DNA of 63,434 nt, the filler included, from Octopus bimaculoides (taxonomy: Eukaryota), in assembly GCF_001194135.2 (NCBI RefSeq). It is 4 parts of 3 records of this genome, joined end to end, with 100 filler letters (N's around TTAATTAATTAA, not from the genome) between each part and the next. Parts side by side here need not be neighbours in the genome. Positions count along the whole stretch, not along the records: positions 1 to 18,855 come from NC_068995.1; positions 18,956 to 50,084 come from NC_068984.1; 2 more parts are not named here. The stretch is one strand, 5' to 3'. Both the position numbers and the translations under genes were made by a program. Shown piece by piece: positions 15,195-27,702 of the stretch (position 1 is its first letter; every line of letters begins with the position of its first letter). Below the pieces are notes generated by a model. That model did not search any database. It had not been told where the DNA came from and saw only the letters and a list, made by a program, of their open reading frames with translations.

Positions 15195-15660
15195 TAGAAG
15201 AGACACCCGGCATTGCTCGGGATTAAAATGGCATAGCTTGTATATAATATATTACAGTTGTGTTGAAACAGGTGATATGGGAAAGTGCAGCATTGACAAC
15301 AAAACACTTGTGGAGTAAATGATGTGTTAATTCGACTAAGCAGCATGCTATGCGTCCGTTTGGAGCATTTCAGGCCCTAACCTGTCAGGGAAAATTGGGA
15401 ATTGGGGTATGTGATTTTTGAACGCATTGAAAACCTGTCAGTGGATATACCATTTGTTATATACCAGCAGCACATACCATTTGTTTCATTTGAAAATTTT
15501 AAAGCACTACAGAAACGACAATTTGTGTTTAGCACATCAGTTTGGACAGAATAATCATTTTCATAAGAATGGGATGGAGTGTATCTGAAAACAGCTTCAG
15601 GAGTTGTGAAGAAAGAATTTGTACGTAATCTGTTTCTGAGAGCTATTCTATTGGACCTCT
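15190..15660 (+). mobile_element. Possible non-autonomous Helitron/Helentron-like element
   Basis: Begins tactagaagagacacccggcattgctcggg (CTAG plus a short GC hairpin) right after (TA)n. No coding remnant is seen and the 3' boundary is uncertain. Confidence 0.3.
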
Positions 15661-15956
15661 GGCTAATCATTAAAACATTGATTTAATGATCCAGCATTAA
15701 GTGCTGCAACATGCAGTTGCTGATCTTGAGAAAATCTAATATCGCTTCTCCCTTCAGACTCTCGCTTTCGGTTTGCTACAATCGTCCTTGATTTATACTT
15801 GTTTCTGGAGAGATTACGTCTTTTCTGTGTTTCTCCCGCTCATTCCGTAAAAATTTATTTGAAGAGAGTAGAAATTGAAAGAAGAGAAAGCGAAAAGGAC
15901 AGACAAAGAAAATGAAAGATGTATGTACGTCTATATGAAATGGACGTGTGTGTGTG

Positions 15957-16000
<44 letters not shown>

Positions 16001-18777
16001 TGTGTGTGTATGTGTTTGTGTTTGCGTGTGTGTGTGTGTGTATGCCTGTGTATGTGCGTGCGTGTATGTGTGAGAGAGAGAAAGTGAGTGAGAAAGAGAG
16101 ATAGAGTGAGTGAGTGAAGGTGTGGGTCGTGATGATTAATGTCTTTTAAGGTACACACACACAGAAAATGTGACGTCATCGTATAAAATGTTTACGACAG
16201 TTGATTTATGGAAAAGATTATAATGTTAAATTTTTGAAATGCAAATATGTGAATGGAAATTAAGTTTAATTTGTAGCCGAAATAATACTGAATATTTTGA
16301 TACCCCATACGTCGTCAAAATTTGTTACTCGGTTTTGGAATGCGTAGGGAATATAAATAGATTGTGCCTATGTGTGTGTGTCTTCAAGAGTGTGTCTATG
16401 TGTGTGTGTGTCTTCAAGAGTGTGTCTATGTGTGTGTGTTTGTGTGTGTACCTATGTGTGTGTGCCTATGTGTGTGTGTGTGTGTGTGTTCAAGAGTGCG
16501 TCTATGTGTATGTGTGTGTTCAAGAGTATGTCTATGTTTGTGTGTGCTGTGTGTGCGTGTATGTGTGTGCATGTATCACGTTGATCAAATAGTAAAATTC
16601 ACGCTGTAAATTCCCAGTGTTCTCAGCTCAGACTTCGGTTTCTGTTGGCACAATTTCCATTCAGTTATGCCATTTAGACTCCTACAATAACAATGAGCAT
16701 TCAAAGGACAAATTTTCTATTGCAAATGTTTTTCAGATAATAACCCATTGATGGATTAAAAATAATCAGCCGAGCAGAAAATAAACAACCAAGACGTTAG
16801 ATTCAGTGATTTCAGAGTTGACGCCATTTCATTGGTGTGTGAAATTAGCCTATATATTTACATGTGTGTATACATGTATGCATGTGTGTGTGCACGCGCG
16901 TGCGTGTGTGTGTGTGTATCTGGGTGTTATTTCATTGTGCATATATGATACTTAATAAACAGCTGAAACACACATAGTGACATACGCAAAACCGCATATA
17001 TATATATATATATACATCGTGAAGTATATTTGCCGGGACGATGCTACTGTAATTTATAGCCCCAGGAAGACATCTTCTCTTGATTTCCCTTCGCAAATAC
17101 TGATCGGCCACAGACAGTGTGTCGTTAGGCCACCTGGAGGAGATGTCTTCATATACATACATATATATATATGTATGTATGTATGTATGTATATGTATGT
17201 ATGTAATGAATGTTTCATATCATGATTACACCTCATTTCTTTCAGAGTTCAAATCTCACCGAAGTCGATTTTAAGGTTCGTTCTTTCGGGATTGCAAAAA
17301 TAAATGTCTGTCGTGTGAGCCATGCAATCATATAAGTGTCCTTGTACCTATGACACAAATCAATAATTAATATGGTCGCTAGCATAATCAAAAGGACACT
17401 ATTATATAAATTACGAAATCTAATCGCAGAGTATTTCACAAAAGGCTCGCCATAACAAATATAACCTCGGCGAGTTAACCTGAGATTCCTTAACGACAAT
17501 GTAACCTTTATATATATATATATATATATATNNNNNNNNNNNNNNNNNNNNNNNNNNNNNNNNNNNNNNNNNNNNNNNNNNNNNNNNNNNNNNNNNNNNN
17601 NNNNNNNNNNNNNNNNNNNNNNNNNNNNNNNNNNNNNNNNNNNNNNNNNNNNNNNNNNNNNNNNNNNNNNNNNNNNNNNNNNNNNNNNNNNNNNNNNNNN
17701 NNNNNNNNNNNNNNNNNNNNNNNNNNNNNNNNNNNNNNNNNNNNNNNNNNNNNNNNNNNNNNNNNNNNNNNNNNNNNNNNNNNNNNNNNNNNNNNNNNNN
17801 NNNNNNNNNNNNNNNNNNNNNNNNNNNNNNNNNNNNNNNNNNNNNNNNNNNNNNNNNNNNNNNNNNNNNNNNNNNNNNNNNNNNNNNNNNNNNNNNNNNN
17901 NNNNNNNNNNNNNNNNNNNNNNNNNNNNNNNNNNNNNNNNNNNNNNNNNNNNNNNNNNNNNNNNNNNNNNNNNNNNNNNNNNNNNNNNNNNNNNNNNNNN
18001 NNNNNNNNNNNNNNNNNNNNNNNNNNNNNNNNNNNNNNNNNNNNNNNNNNNNNNNNNNNNNNNNNNNNNNNNNNNNNNNNNNNNNNNNNNNNNNNNNNNN
18101 NNNNNNNNNNNNNNNNNNNNNNNNNNNNNNNNNNNNNNNNNNNNNNNNNNNNNNNNNNNNNNNNNNNNNNNNNNNNNNNNNNNNNNNNNNNNNNNNNNNN
18201 NNNNNNNNNNNNNNNNNNNNNNNNNNNNNNNNNNNNNTATATATATATATATATATATTCAAATTGATATCTTCGGCGAGTTAACATGAGGTTCCTTAAC
18301 GATAATGTAAACTTCATGTAATCATGGTATTTTCGGCCTGATGAGTAGCTGAGTACCCCACGTTGAGTAATTATTACCTCAGATGATTTACTACCTAGGA
18401 AACATATGTAGCCTGGATTTTACCTGCTCCACTCCCACAATTTGGATTTTTATTTGCATTCAAAGCGATTCAAGTTGCTAATCATGAGCTATAATTTGTT
18501 TTTTGTTTTTTTTGGGGGGTTTATCGAACTTCGATACGGGAAAAGCCTGCAACTTTCTACGCCAATAGATTATTATTGTTCCTCAATGTTGTTTTTGGTC
18601 CTATCACAGACTTCCTGCACTTCGATCCTTGGATCTTATAATTACACACACACACACACACACACACATATGTTAATAAACAAACGCTTGTATCTTTTTT
18701 TCCATGTTTTCGTTTCGCACGTCTTGTTTTAACTCTGTTGTAAAGCTGAAAGGCCTTCTATATATATATATATATAT

Positions 18778-18826
<49 letters not shown>

Positions 18827-18855
18827 TTAATATCTGTGTCGTTTATCATTTGCTT

Positions 18856-18955
18856 NNNNNNNNNNNNNNNNNNNNNNNNNNNNNNNNNNNNNNNNNNNNT
18901 TAATTAATTAANNNNNNNNNNNNNNNNNNNNNNNNNNNNNNNNNNNNNNNNNNNN
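18856..18955. other. Artificial scaffold-joining spacer (44 N + TTAATTAATTAA + 44 N)
   Basis: Exactly 100 bp with stop codons in all six frames. Identical to the other two spacers. Confidence 0.95.
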
Positions 18956-19512
18956 GGCACTACATGAGTACTTATATCGCTAAAAATAGAAGTCGAAAAA
19001 TACTTCTGTACCATTGAATAGTCAGAAATCTTATTACAGACATGATAAGAAAAAATATCAGTGAACAATAATAATGTCTTACCTCTACTGGGCCAGAACA
19101 AGTAAATGCTGGTCAACCTGGTACCGGTTTCGAAATTTAGCGCCAAATAGGTGCCTGATTTCTCATCAGCCAAAGTCTGCCAGCTAAATTATTACTAAAA
19201 TTCTCCCCCATCATGCCTGCCAAAGTTCGTTTGAAGTGACCAAGTACTATAGGAACAAACGAAATGTGTAAAATTATTTATAAATAAATATAGGGATGGT
19301 ATTATTAAAATACCGTCACGAGTGGTAATAGATTTGTGACTATTCGGTGGTACAGAAGTATTTTTGACTTCTAATTTAGCGATGTAGGTGCTCATATAAG
19401 GTTTGACGAGTGCGAGGTCACTTGCAAGTTAATTGATGGGGTCAACTGGAATCCTCGTCGCCGTAACCGACGGAGTGTCAGTTTTATTTTATATGTCTAT
19501 TTAGTCAGAGAG

Positions 19513-19825
19513 TGGAGGCACATGGCCTAGTGGTTAGAGCAGCGGACTCGCGGTCGAGGAATCGTAGGTTCGAATTGCAGATCGAGTGAAGTCGGTGTTT
19601 ATGAGCGAAACACCTAAGCTCCCCCACGCGACTCCGGCAGAAGGTAATGGCAAACCTCTGCTGAATCTTTCGCCACAACGTTCCTTCACTCTTTCCTCCT
19701 GCATCCAGCAGCTCACCTGTGACGGACGGGCGTCCCGTCCAGGTGGGGAACCTATACGCCAATGAAACTAGGAGACCGGCCATTATGAGCCAGACATGGT
19801 ACGAGAAGGAACAAATAACAACAAC
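19513..19825 (+). mobile_element. tRNA-derived SINE family D copy
   Basis: ggaggcacatggcctagtggttagagcagcggactcg...taggttcgaattgc..., ending in an aac-rich tail. Confidence 0.78.
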
Positions 19826-22120
19826 ATTTAGTCGGAGACGATTTGGGGGAAAACAACAGCAAAAGAAACAACAACCACAGTAATTATCCTAAGAGTATTT
19901 AGCTTCATCTTTTCACTCTCTGAGTTCAAATACTGCCGAGGAATAGAAACGAAATGAAATTCAATGGAATACATTCTATTTTCTTTTAATACCTTTGTCT
20001 GAGGAAGATGAGCTGCTGCCATGACAATTTTACAGGGAATCTCAGAGTGGAAGCAGCCTCCTGGCATTATTGTTTGCATCAGACTGAACTCTGTCAAAGG
20101 TATCTGATCGCGTCAGGTCTACTTATTAAACTCTATGTATGAGTTCTTGTGTCAATCAACGAATCAACCATTGTTATATTGAATATAACCGGAAGAATAT
20201 ATAACGAGCTGCAGTGAATATAACCGGAAGTGTATATAACACGGAGCAAAGTGTTATAAACGTCAGCAAGAAGTATGACGTCAGTAGTTTTAGTAAATAT
20301 AACTGGAAGTGTATATAAAGCGGAGCAGAGTATCAAAGACGTCAGCAAAAAGGAATGGCGTCCGTAGATCTTGTGGAAACGCTAATGGTAAAATATTGCA
20401 TTTAATGGTTCCTGCTAATGAAATTGTTATTGGTGTGTAAAGTAGCTAATGAGAATTGAGCTAATTAAGGTGATGCTAATAGTAATGGTGATGATGATGT
20501 TGTTGCTGGTGTCTTTGCGGCGATGGTGTTGGTTGTAGTTTAAGCAGCGTTGGTGACGGCGGTGGCGCTTTTAATGATATTCGTGGAATTTGTGACTTGC
20601 TGGTGGTGATGAAGATGTTAATGATTGTGATGGCGTTACTGATGTTTAAGATGCTAGAAATGGTTGTTGTTGTTGTAATGGTGGTTGTTGTGCTGGTGCT
20701 GGTTCGGCGACCAATGGTGATGGTGGTGCTGGTGGTACTACATGTATTGGCGGTGTTGTTTGTAGTACTGTAGGATAATGGTGAAGTAGTGTTGCAGGAG
20801 GTGTATTGTTGGGGGAGTAGTATTGAGGACAAGGTCGTGTTGTTGCTTGTGTAGTAGTGTTGGTGGTATTGTAGTTTTGGTTGTGTTGTGGTTTAGGCAG
20901 TCCAGTGTTGTTGGTTTTGCAGTGGTATTGGCGGTGGTGTGGTACGGGTAGAGATGGTGTAGTGTTGGTGGTGATGTGGCGTACAAAGATAAAGTTGTGG
21001 CAGTAGTTGTGGAATGCCACACCACTAAGATAGGAACCTCATTAACACAGCTACACCAGAGAGAGAGAGAGAGGGGGGGAGAGAGAGAGAGAGAGAGAAG
21101 AGAGAGAGAGGGAGAGAGGGAGAGAAGAGAGAGAGAGAGAGGGAGAGAGGGAGAGAAAGAAAGAAAGCGAGACAGAGAGAGCTACTACCCAGACTTCTGT
21201 CTTGGCTTCTCCCCTCCCCTTATGCATAACAGAACTACCGTTCTATTCTAAGAATTTCTTCAACTTTGCTATAAAGACTTAGAATTCCTTTCTAAATTAT
21301 GGATTTCCAAATATAGAAATCCATAATTCCTTCCTTAAAGACTTGCCTTTTATTGTTCGCTAAAAAGTCCGCTCACTGACGCACTCTATGTATTTGCATC
21401 ACAAACACCTACTTCCCACGCAAGCAGACTTGGCTTTTTTTTACCACTTCTTTCTCCCCCAAGTGTGTGTGTGTGTGTGCGTGTGTGTGTGTGTAAGTGT
21501 ATCTGTGTGTGTGTGGTATGATTTCCTCTCATTACACACTCCTGTTCTCAACATTTTTCAAATCTTTGGGGGATCCACTGTATTTTCGCTAACTCAGACC
21601 GTGATGATTTCATCACTTCACCAAAACTTTGTTAACTCACCTTCCTAACATATCTCCTCCTACTCCCTCTTTTTCTCCTACTCCACCTCTTCCCTCTTCT
21701 TCTCGTCCTCCTCCTCCTCTCTTCTTCTTCTTCTTCTTCTTCTTCTTCTTCTTCTTCAACATAGATTCACATATACTCTCTATCTGACGAAGGATTCCAC
21801 CCTGAAACATTAAACTTCTCTTCTCCATATAATACGAAATTTATTCCACGCTTTCACAATTCGTACGCATTATATAACATGTACCAATAAACACACACAC
21901 ACACACACACGCACGCACACACACGCACGCACACACACACTCTCTCTCACACACACACTCTCTCACACACACACTTATGAGTAGTTTTATGATCAAAGTA
22001 TCCCAACCACGACCATCCAGTATTGTTTTTGTTCCAAAGCTATTCTCCAAAACTTATCCGATATACATTATTTACATTATTTATATTTGACGGATATTTG
22101 TCCTCATCTTGTTTGTTGTT

Positions 22121-22166
22121 AATACAACGTTTCGGCGGATATACCCTCCAGCCTTCATCAGGTGTC
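22121..22166 (-). ncRNA. Minimal type I hammerhead ribozyme-like motif (degenerate), probably Penelope-associated
   Basis: Minus strand reads GACAC-CUGAUGA-aGGCUGGAggguauaUCC-GCC-GAA-ACGU-U-GUAUU: both core boxes, stem II, a palindromic ACGU stem III and an imperfect stem I. Confidence 0.6.
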
Positions 22167-22647
22167 TTGGGGAAATTTCGAACCAAATAGCCAGAAAAGG
22201 AAGGAGGAAGAGGAGCAAAAAAGAACACAAGGAAACACCAACAAAGCAGGGAGATACACAACTCCCGAAGACACTTACAACTCTAATACCAACAATAAAA
22301 ATAATAACCCATCGAAAAACATGCTCACAGGCATAAATACTTACAACACAGAGTTGATGAAATACATCAACTCGAAAATAAACATTACAGACAATGACAT
22401 TAAAACGAGTAATCACCCATGCACAACACCACTAGAACATATCAGAATTTACCACATCACACCGACATTGCACCACGTACTAAAATCCCTCTATCGAATG
22501 CGGTAGGAGGATGTCATAAATACCTGTCAAATAAACTTTACAACAGTCTCTTTGATGAAAAATCAAAGGAGGAAACAAAACTTTCGAACGGTATGTAACT
22601 CTCTGTTCCTTTCGTTTGCGTTTTAAAGCACACAACTCAATAGGATC

Positions 22648-24198
22648 ATGGTCAAAATTGGTTGTGTGAATGCGCGTGGCTTGGGGTCCTCTTGGAAACA
22701 AGGATACCTCTTAAATGATATAAAGTCACACTATTTGGGAATCATAGCCATAAGTGAGACCAGACTCCATGAACCACGGGCCCTAAAGTCTCTGTTTGGC
22801 GGACAGTTTAACATTTATTTTTCTCCCTGTCTGTCGAGGATGGGCGGTAGTGGCACTGCGGTACTTTTTCGCAAGAGTCTGGATCTCGAAGTAAACACGA
22901 TATTCGTAAATCCGGAGGGTAGACTGGTTGTCCTGGATGTCGACGGCAGCAATGGGTGGGCCTTTCGACTCCCAATAATCTATGCCCCGCCTTTAACAGG
23001 TCGACCGAATTTCTTTCGACGTCTAGAAGTATTCCTGGGAACGTGTCGTCCTTTACTTTTAGAGGGGGATTGGAATGCTACCTTGGACACGCATCTAGAC
23101 TACGTGGGGAGTGACAAAACTAGAAGGGGATGCAAAGGCCTCATAGACCTGCTCAGACGATTCCAGTTGTCTGACAGGTACCGACTCGACCACCCAAATG
23201 CGCCAACGTGGACTTGGAGCAACTGCATTGGGTCGCCGAGATCGTATCTAGATAGGATACTGTGTAGGACAGTAGATAGGGATAGCTTAGGATGTCCACA
23301 ATTCCACACAGTCAGCTACACGGATCACAAACGTGTGACGTGTACGCTAGAATTAGATAAAGCACATAGACAGGGCCCCGGTTACTGGAAACTGAACGCG
23401 TCTTTCCCGTCGAGACAGATTTTCAGAGACCGAATTACCATGCTAGTAAAGGGGGCTTTGACGGGAGCCATCGTCAACAACAAATGGTGCTTTGACTGCA
23501 AGAGAGCAGTAAAAGCGGAGGCAATTAGATATAGCAAAAGACTAGCCACAGATAGAAACAGAGTAGAGGGTGAGCTAGTTAAGAAGCTAGAAGAGGCAAT
23601 TAGAAGTAGCATCGCATCTGACGTTTTGGCGGCGAGGTTGGCCCTAGACCAACACTTCAATACCAAACACGAAGGGTGTGCTGTCAGGGCTAGGATGCGT
23701 GATCTAAGGAACGAAGGTGTTGGAGCCGTGCGAGAGGCCCGGGTGGCGGTAGATGAACAGGGGCGCAAACTACTCGAGCCAAGTAAAATGTGTGAGGCCT
23801 TTCAGCAGCACTTTGCTCAACTGTTCGGGACGAGTGGCGAGCGAGAACGCAGAGTGGACTTCAGTGCCTACCTGCACAGCCTGCCACGACTCTCGACAAG
23901 AGAAGCAGGGTGCTGCGAAGGAACCATCACGGCGGAGGAAGTGCGGGACGCGATGGCAGAATGCTCGAGGGACAAATCGCCGGGTTTGGATGGTCTACCC
24001 TACGAGCTTTACAGTTGTATGCCAGATTTGTTTGGAGACGTCTTGACAGCAGTGTACTGTAACTGGAAGCAAAACGGGAGCATCCCCGGTTTTGTGAGCC
24101 GAGGAGCCGTAACGCTGCTGAAGAAAGATCCAAACAAGGGGGACGTAATAGATAGCTTTAGGCCAATCACTCTGCTCAATGCAGACTCTTTTCCGTAG
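22648..24198 (+). mobile_element. L1/Tx1-clade LINE ORF2 fragment: APE endonuclease, linker and first RT motif (516 codons, no internal stops)
   Basis: APE motifs VNARG, ISETR, IYAP, GDWNA, YLDRI and TDH are present, then GPGYWKLN, KSPGLDGLPYELY and FRPITLLNAD. Homology ends abruptly at about 24186. Confidence 0.92.
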
Positions 24199-24436
24199 GA
24201 TTTTCTTTCCACGGATAAACCTAAACTGTTCCCCCTTTTTACACCAGAACATTGCTGTGATACACGATCCCGATTGATCGCCTTTTTTTTTTCTCTCTCT
24301 CTCTTTACGATCCCTTTTAATCGAAAATCTACCCCTCCTATTTTTTTCTCTCTCCTTCTCCTTCCCCAAAAGAAAAGCTCTACTTTGTACCTTGTCCCCT
24401 CTGTGTTGAGCCCTGTGTGACTAATAAAGAAACATC

Positions 24437-24488
<52 letters not shown>

Positions 24489-24509
24489 GTCTGTCTGTCT
24501 GTCTATCTG

Positions 24510-24592
<83 letters not shown>

Positions 24593-24593
24593 G

Positions 24594-24628
<35 letters not shown>

Positions 24629-25103
24629 GTCTGTCTATCTACATTTATCTATCTTTTGCAGTAATACCGCGTCTGTTGTTTTTCTTTCGCAATATCCAGC
24701 ACCGAATGAATTGCAGCACAGTGCAATTACACTAATATTTCCAGACAGTTATTGAATGAAAGCGTCACTAGAAGAAAAATCTAAAGATTATTATTGGCCA
24801 ATTGACTTGCATCAGATATGACCTGATCTAATACGACAAACTTTTTTTTCTTCACTCCGGAGGCATTTTAAAGTATTATTCTTTTGTTTGTGTGGTTTTA
24901 GCAGACCACTCGATGACAAATATGATGATTTGAAACTAATTATAAATGTCATATTGGAAAACACAAAAAAAAAAAAACGAAAAAAATGTCATTGACCGGA
25001 CAAAAAATATTTGAAATGTGTCAAAATGACATTGAAATAAAATTCTAGTATGAGCAGTAGGAGTAGTTGTAGTCGTCGTAGTAAAAGTAGTAGTAGTAGT
25101 AGT

Positions 25104-25162
<59 letters not shown>

Positions 25163-25423
25163 TAGTAATAATAATAATAATGATAATAATATTATGATAA
25201 AAACAGCAAAGAAGCAAAATGGAAAGTATTATCTCAATTTTGCGATTAGTTTCGAAAAAAAGTAAAACGTCTTCTTGAAACCTGATTCTGTCAACTCCCC
25301 GCCGTTGTAGTTGTATATACATACGTGTGTATATGTTTATACATGCATATATAGTCACACACACACACACACACCTACACACATATTTGTATATGTATAT
25401 GAATATATATGTATGTATGAAAG

Positions 25424-25455
<32 letters not shown>

Positions 25456-26009
25456 NNNNNNNNNNNNNNNNNNNNNNNNNNNNNNNNNNNNNNNNNNNNN
25501 NNNNNNNNNNNNNNNNNNNNNNNNNNNNNNNNNNNNNNNNNNNNNNNNNNNNNNNNNNNNNNNNNNNNNNNNNNNNNNNNNNNNNNNNNNNNNNNNNNNN
25601 NNNNNNNNNNNNNNNNNNNNNNNNNNNNNNNNNNNNNNNNNNNNNNNNNNNNNNNNNNNNNNNNNNNNNNNNNNNNNNNNNNNNNNNNNNNNNNNNNNNN
25701 NNNNNNNNNNNNNNNNNNNNNNNNNNNNNNNNNNNNNNNNNNNNNNNNNNNNNNNNNNNNNNNNNNNNNNNNNNNNNNNNNNNNNNNNNNNNNNNNNNNN
25801 NNNNNNNNNNNNNNNNNNNNNNNNNNNNNNNNNNNNNNNNNNNNNNNNNNNNNNNNNNNNNNNNNNNNNNNNNNNNNNNNNNNNNNNNNNNNNNNNNNNN
25901 NNNNNNNNNTGCATAGAGTGTTTGAAGCGGTGTACAGATATTATATATATTAAGAATTTAGGATAATTTTTTGTTAACGCTTTTGTTCGTTCAACTGAAC
26001 TCTTTAAGA

Positions 26010-26045
<36 letters not shown>

Positions 26046-26693
26046 GACGGGTTTCTTTCATTTTCTGTCTACCAAATCAAACTCACAAGGCTTTGGTCGG
26101 CCCGAGGCTATAGAAAAAGTTATTTGATGCAGGTGCAAAGCAGCTGAACTGAACCCGGAACCCTGTGACTGGGAAGCAAACTTCCTACTAACCACCCACG
26201 GCTATGCCTAATTGTTGAGTTAAAAGAGTTAAACTTTAAAGGAAGATGAGAGAACAAAACGGTTTTTTTTTTCAATTAGTAATTCTAGAATCGCTGATTA
26301 ATTCACGAGTAGAATATGGCCTGAAGTTCTTAAATGAAACATCCAACTTTAATTATCTCGACCAGGAAAAAAAGAAAGAAAGAAAAGAAAAGAACGACTA
26401 TAAACGCTTCCATCATACAATGGCCCTTGGCAACAACAACAAAAAAAAGTACTTTGAAGGATTATGGTTCAAGGTTTAGAACATTATCATTCATTTTTTT
26501 CATAAAATAAATTGGGAAAATTTCGCATTAATATTGTGTCAGTTGGGCCTTTGCTCCAATTCCACCTCGGCCAAAGCTGCAACGACAATGGAATGGGAGA
26601 AGAAAAAACAAAAAAAGAAAAAGAGTGACGTAGTAAAGGGGATTCTACCCCCTCCCGGTCTCAAAAGTATCTCCCTGTCCCTTTAGAAATGCA

Positions 26694-26750
<57 letters not shown>

Positions 26751-26763
26751 CTTGTGTATTCAT

Positions 26764-26825
<62 letters not shown>

Positions 26826-27351
26826 GTTACTGTTGCTGCTACTGCTGCTGCTGCTACTGCTGCCACCGTTCCTCTGCTGGTGCCGGTGGTGCTGCTGGCG
26901 CTGGTTGTGCTTCTGGTGGTGGTGGTGGTGCTACTACTACTACTACTACTACTTACTTACATTAATGCATATATATATTTATGTACATCTGTATGCATAT
27001 ATGTAAATGTATAACAGATTAATACACACACACACACACACACACACGCATATATACATGTGTATATATGTAAATGTGCATTAATATATATTAATATAAA
27101 TAAATGTAACAATATAATAAATAGATAAATGTATATTGATTTATATATATGTAAACATAAATGTATGCTGATATATGTTAAGTGGAGGTTGGCCTTTTCT
27201 TTCATCCTTTCGGGGTCGGTAAAAGAAACACCAGTAGAGCACTGAGGGTCAATGTTCTCGAACAGCACCCCCACCTCCGAAATTGCAGGCCTTGTGCCAA
27301 CATTTGAAAGCAAGAAAATCTCACAACGAGAGATATTCAGCAACAGTACTC

Positions 27352-27702
27352 TGTAGTAAAGATTGTTTGCCAACATAACATGGCAGTCCTAGTTTAGGAC
27401 GAATGTTGCTGTAATTTAGCCCCAGGAGACATCGTCTCCAGCTGGCTATACGACACGATCTGTGTCCTTATATTTTCTAACAAAGGAATGTAGCACCCCC
27501 ACTCAGCTCAAAATAATAACCCAGAAATCACGATACACAGATATTGTTTTGAGCTGAGTGGGGGATTCACTTGTTCGAAAATATAAGGACACAGATCGTG
27601 TCGTATAGCCAGCTGGAGATAATGCCTCCTGGGGCTAAATTACAGCAACATTCGTCCTAAACCAGGACTGCCATGTTATGTTAGCAAACAATCTTTACAA
27701 CA
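27352..27702. mobile_element. ~350-bp MITE/foldback element with ~165-bp inverted arms
   Basis: The left arm gtaaagattgtttgccaacataacatggcagtcc... pairs with the right arm ...ggactgccatgttatgttagcaaacaatctttac. The spacer is about 23 nt (about 27518-27540). A related fragment lies at about 17030-17150. Confidence 0.8.

Noticed and set aside
18900-18911. TTAATTAATTAA as a piggyBac TTAA site or homeodomain motif
   Set aside because: It is centred in exactly 44+44 Ns three times, so it is a synthetic linker.
20476-21030. Thr/Pro/His-rich mucin-like ORFs
   Set aside because: Degenerate GGT/TGT/TAG triplet sequence is open in several overlapping frames, with no splice or homology support.
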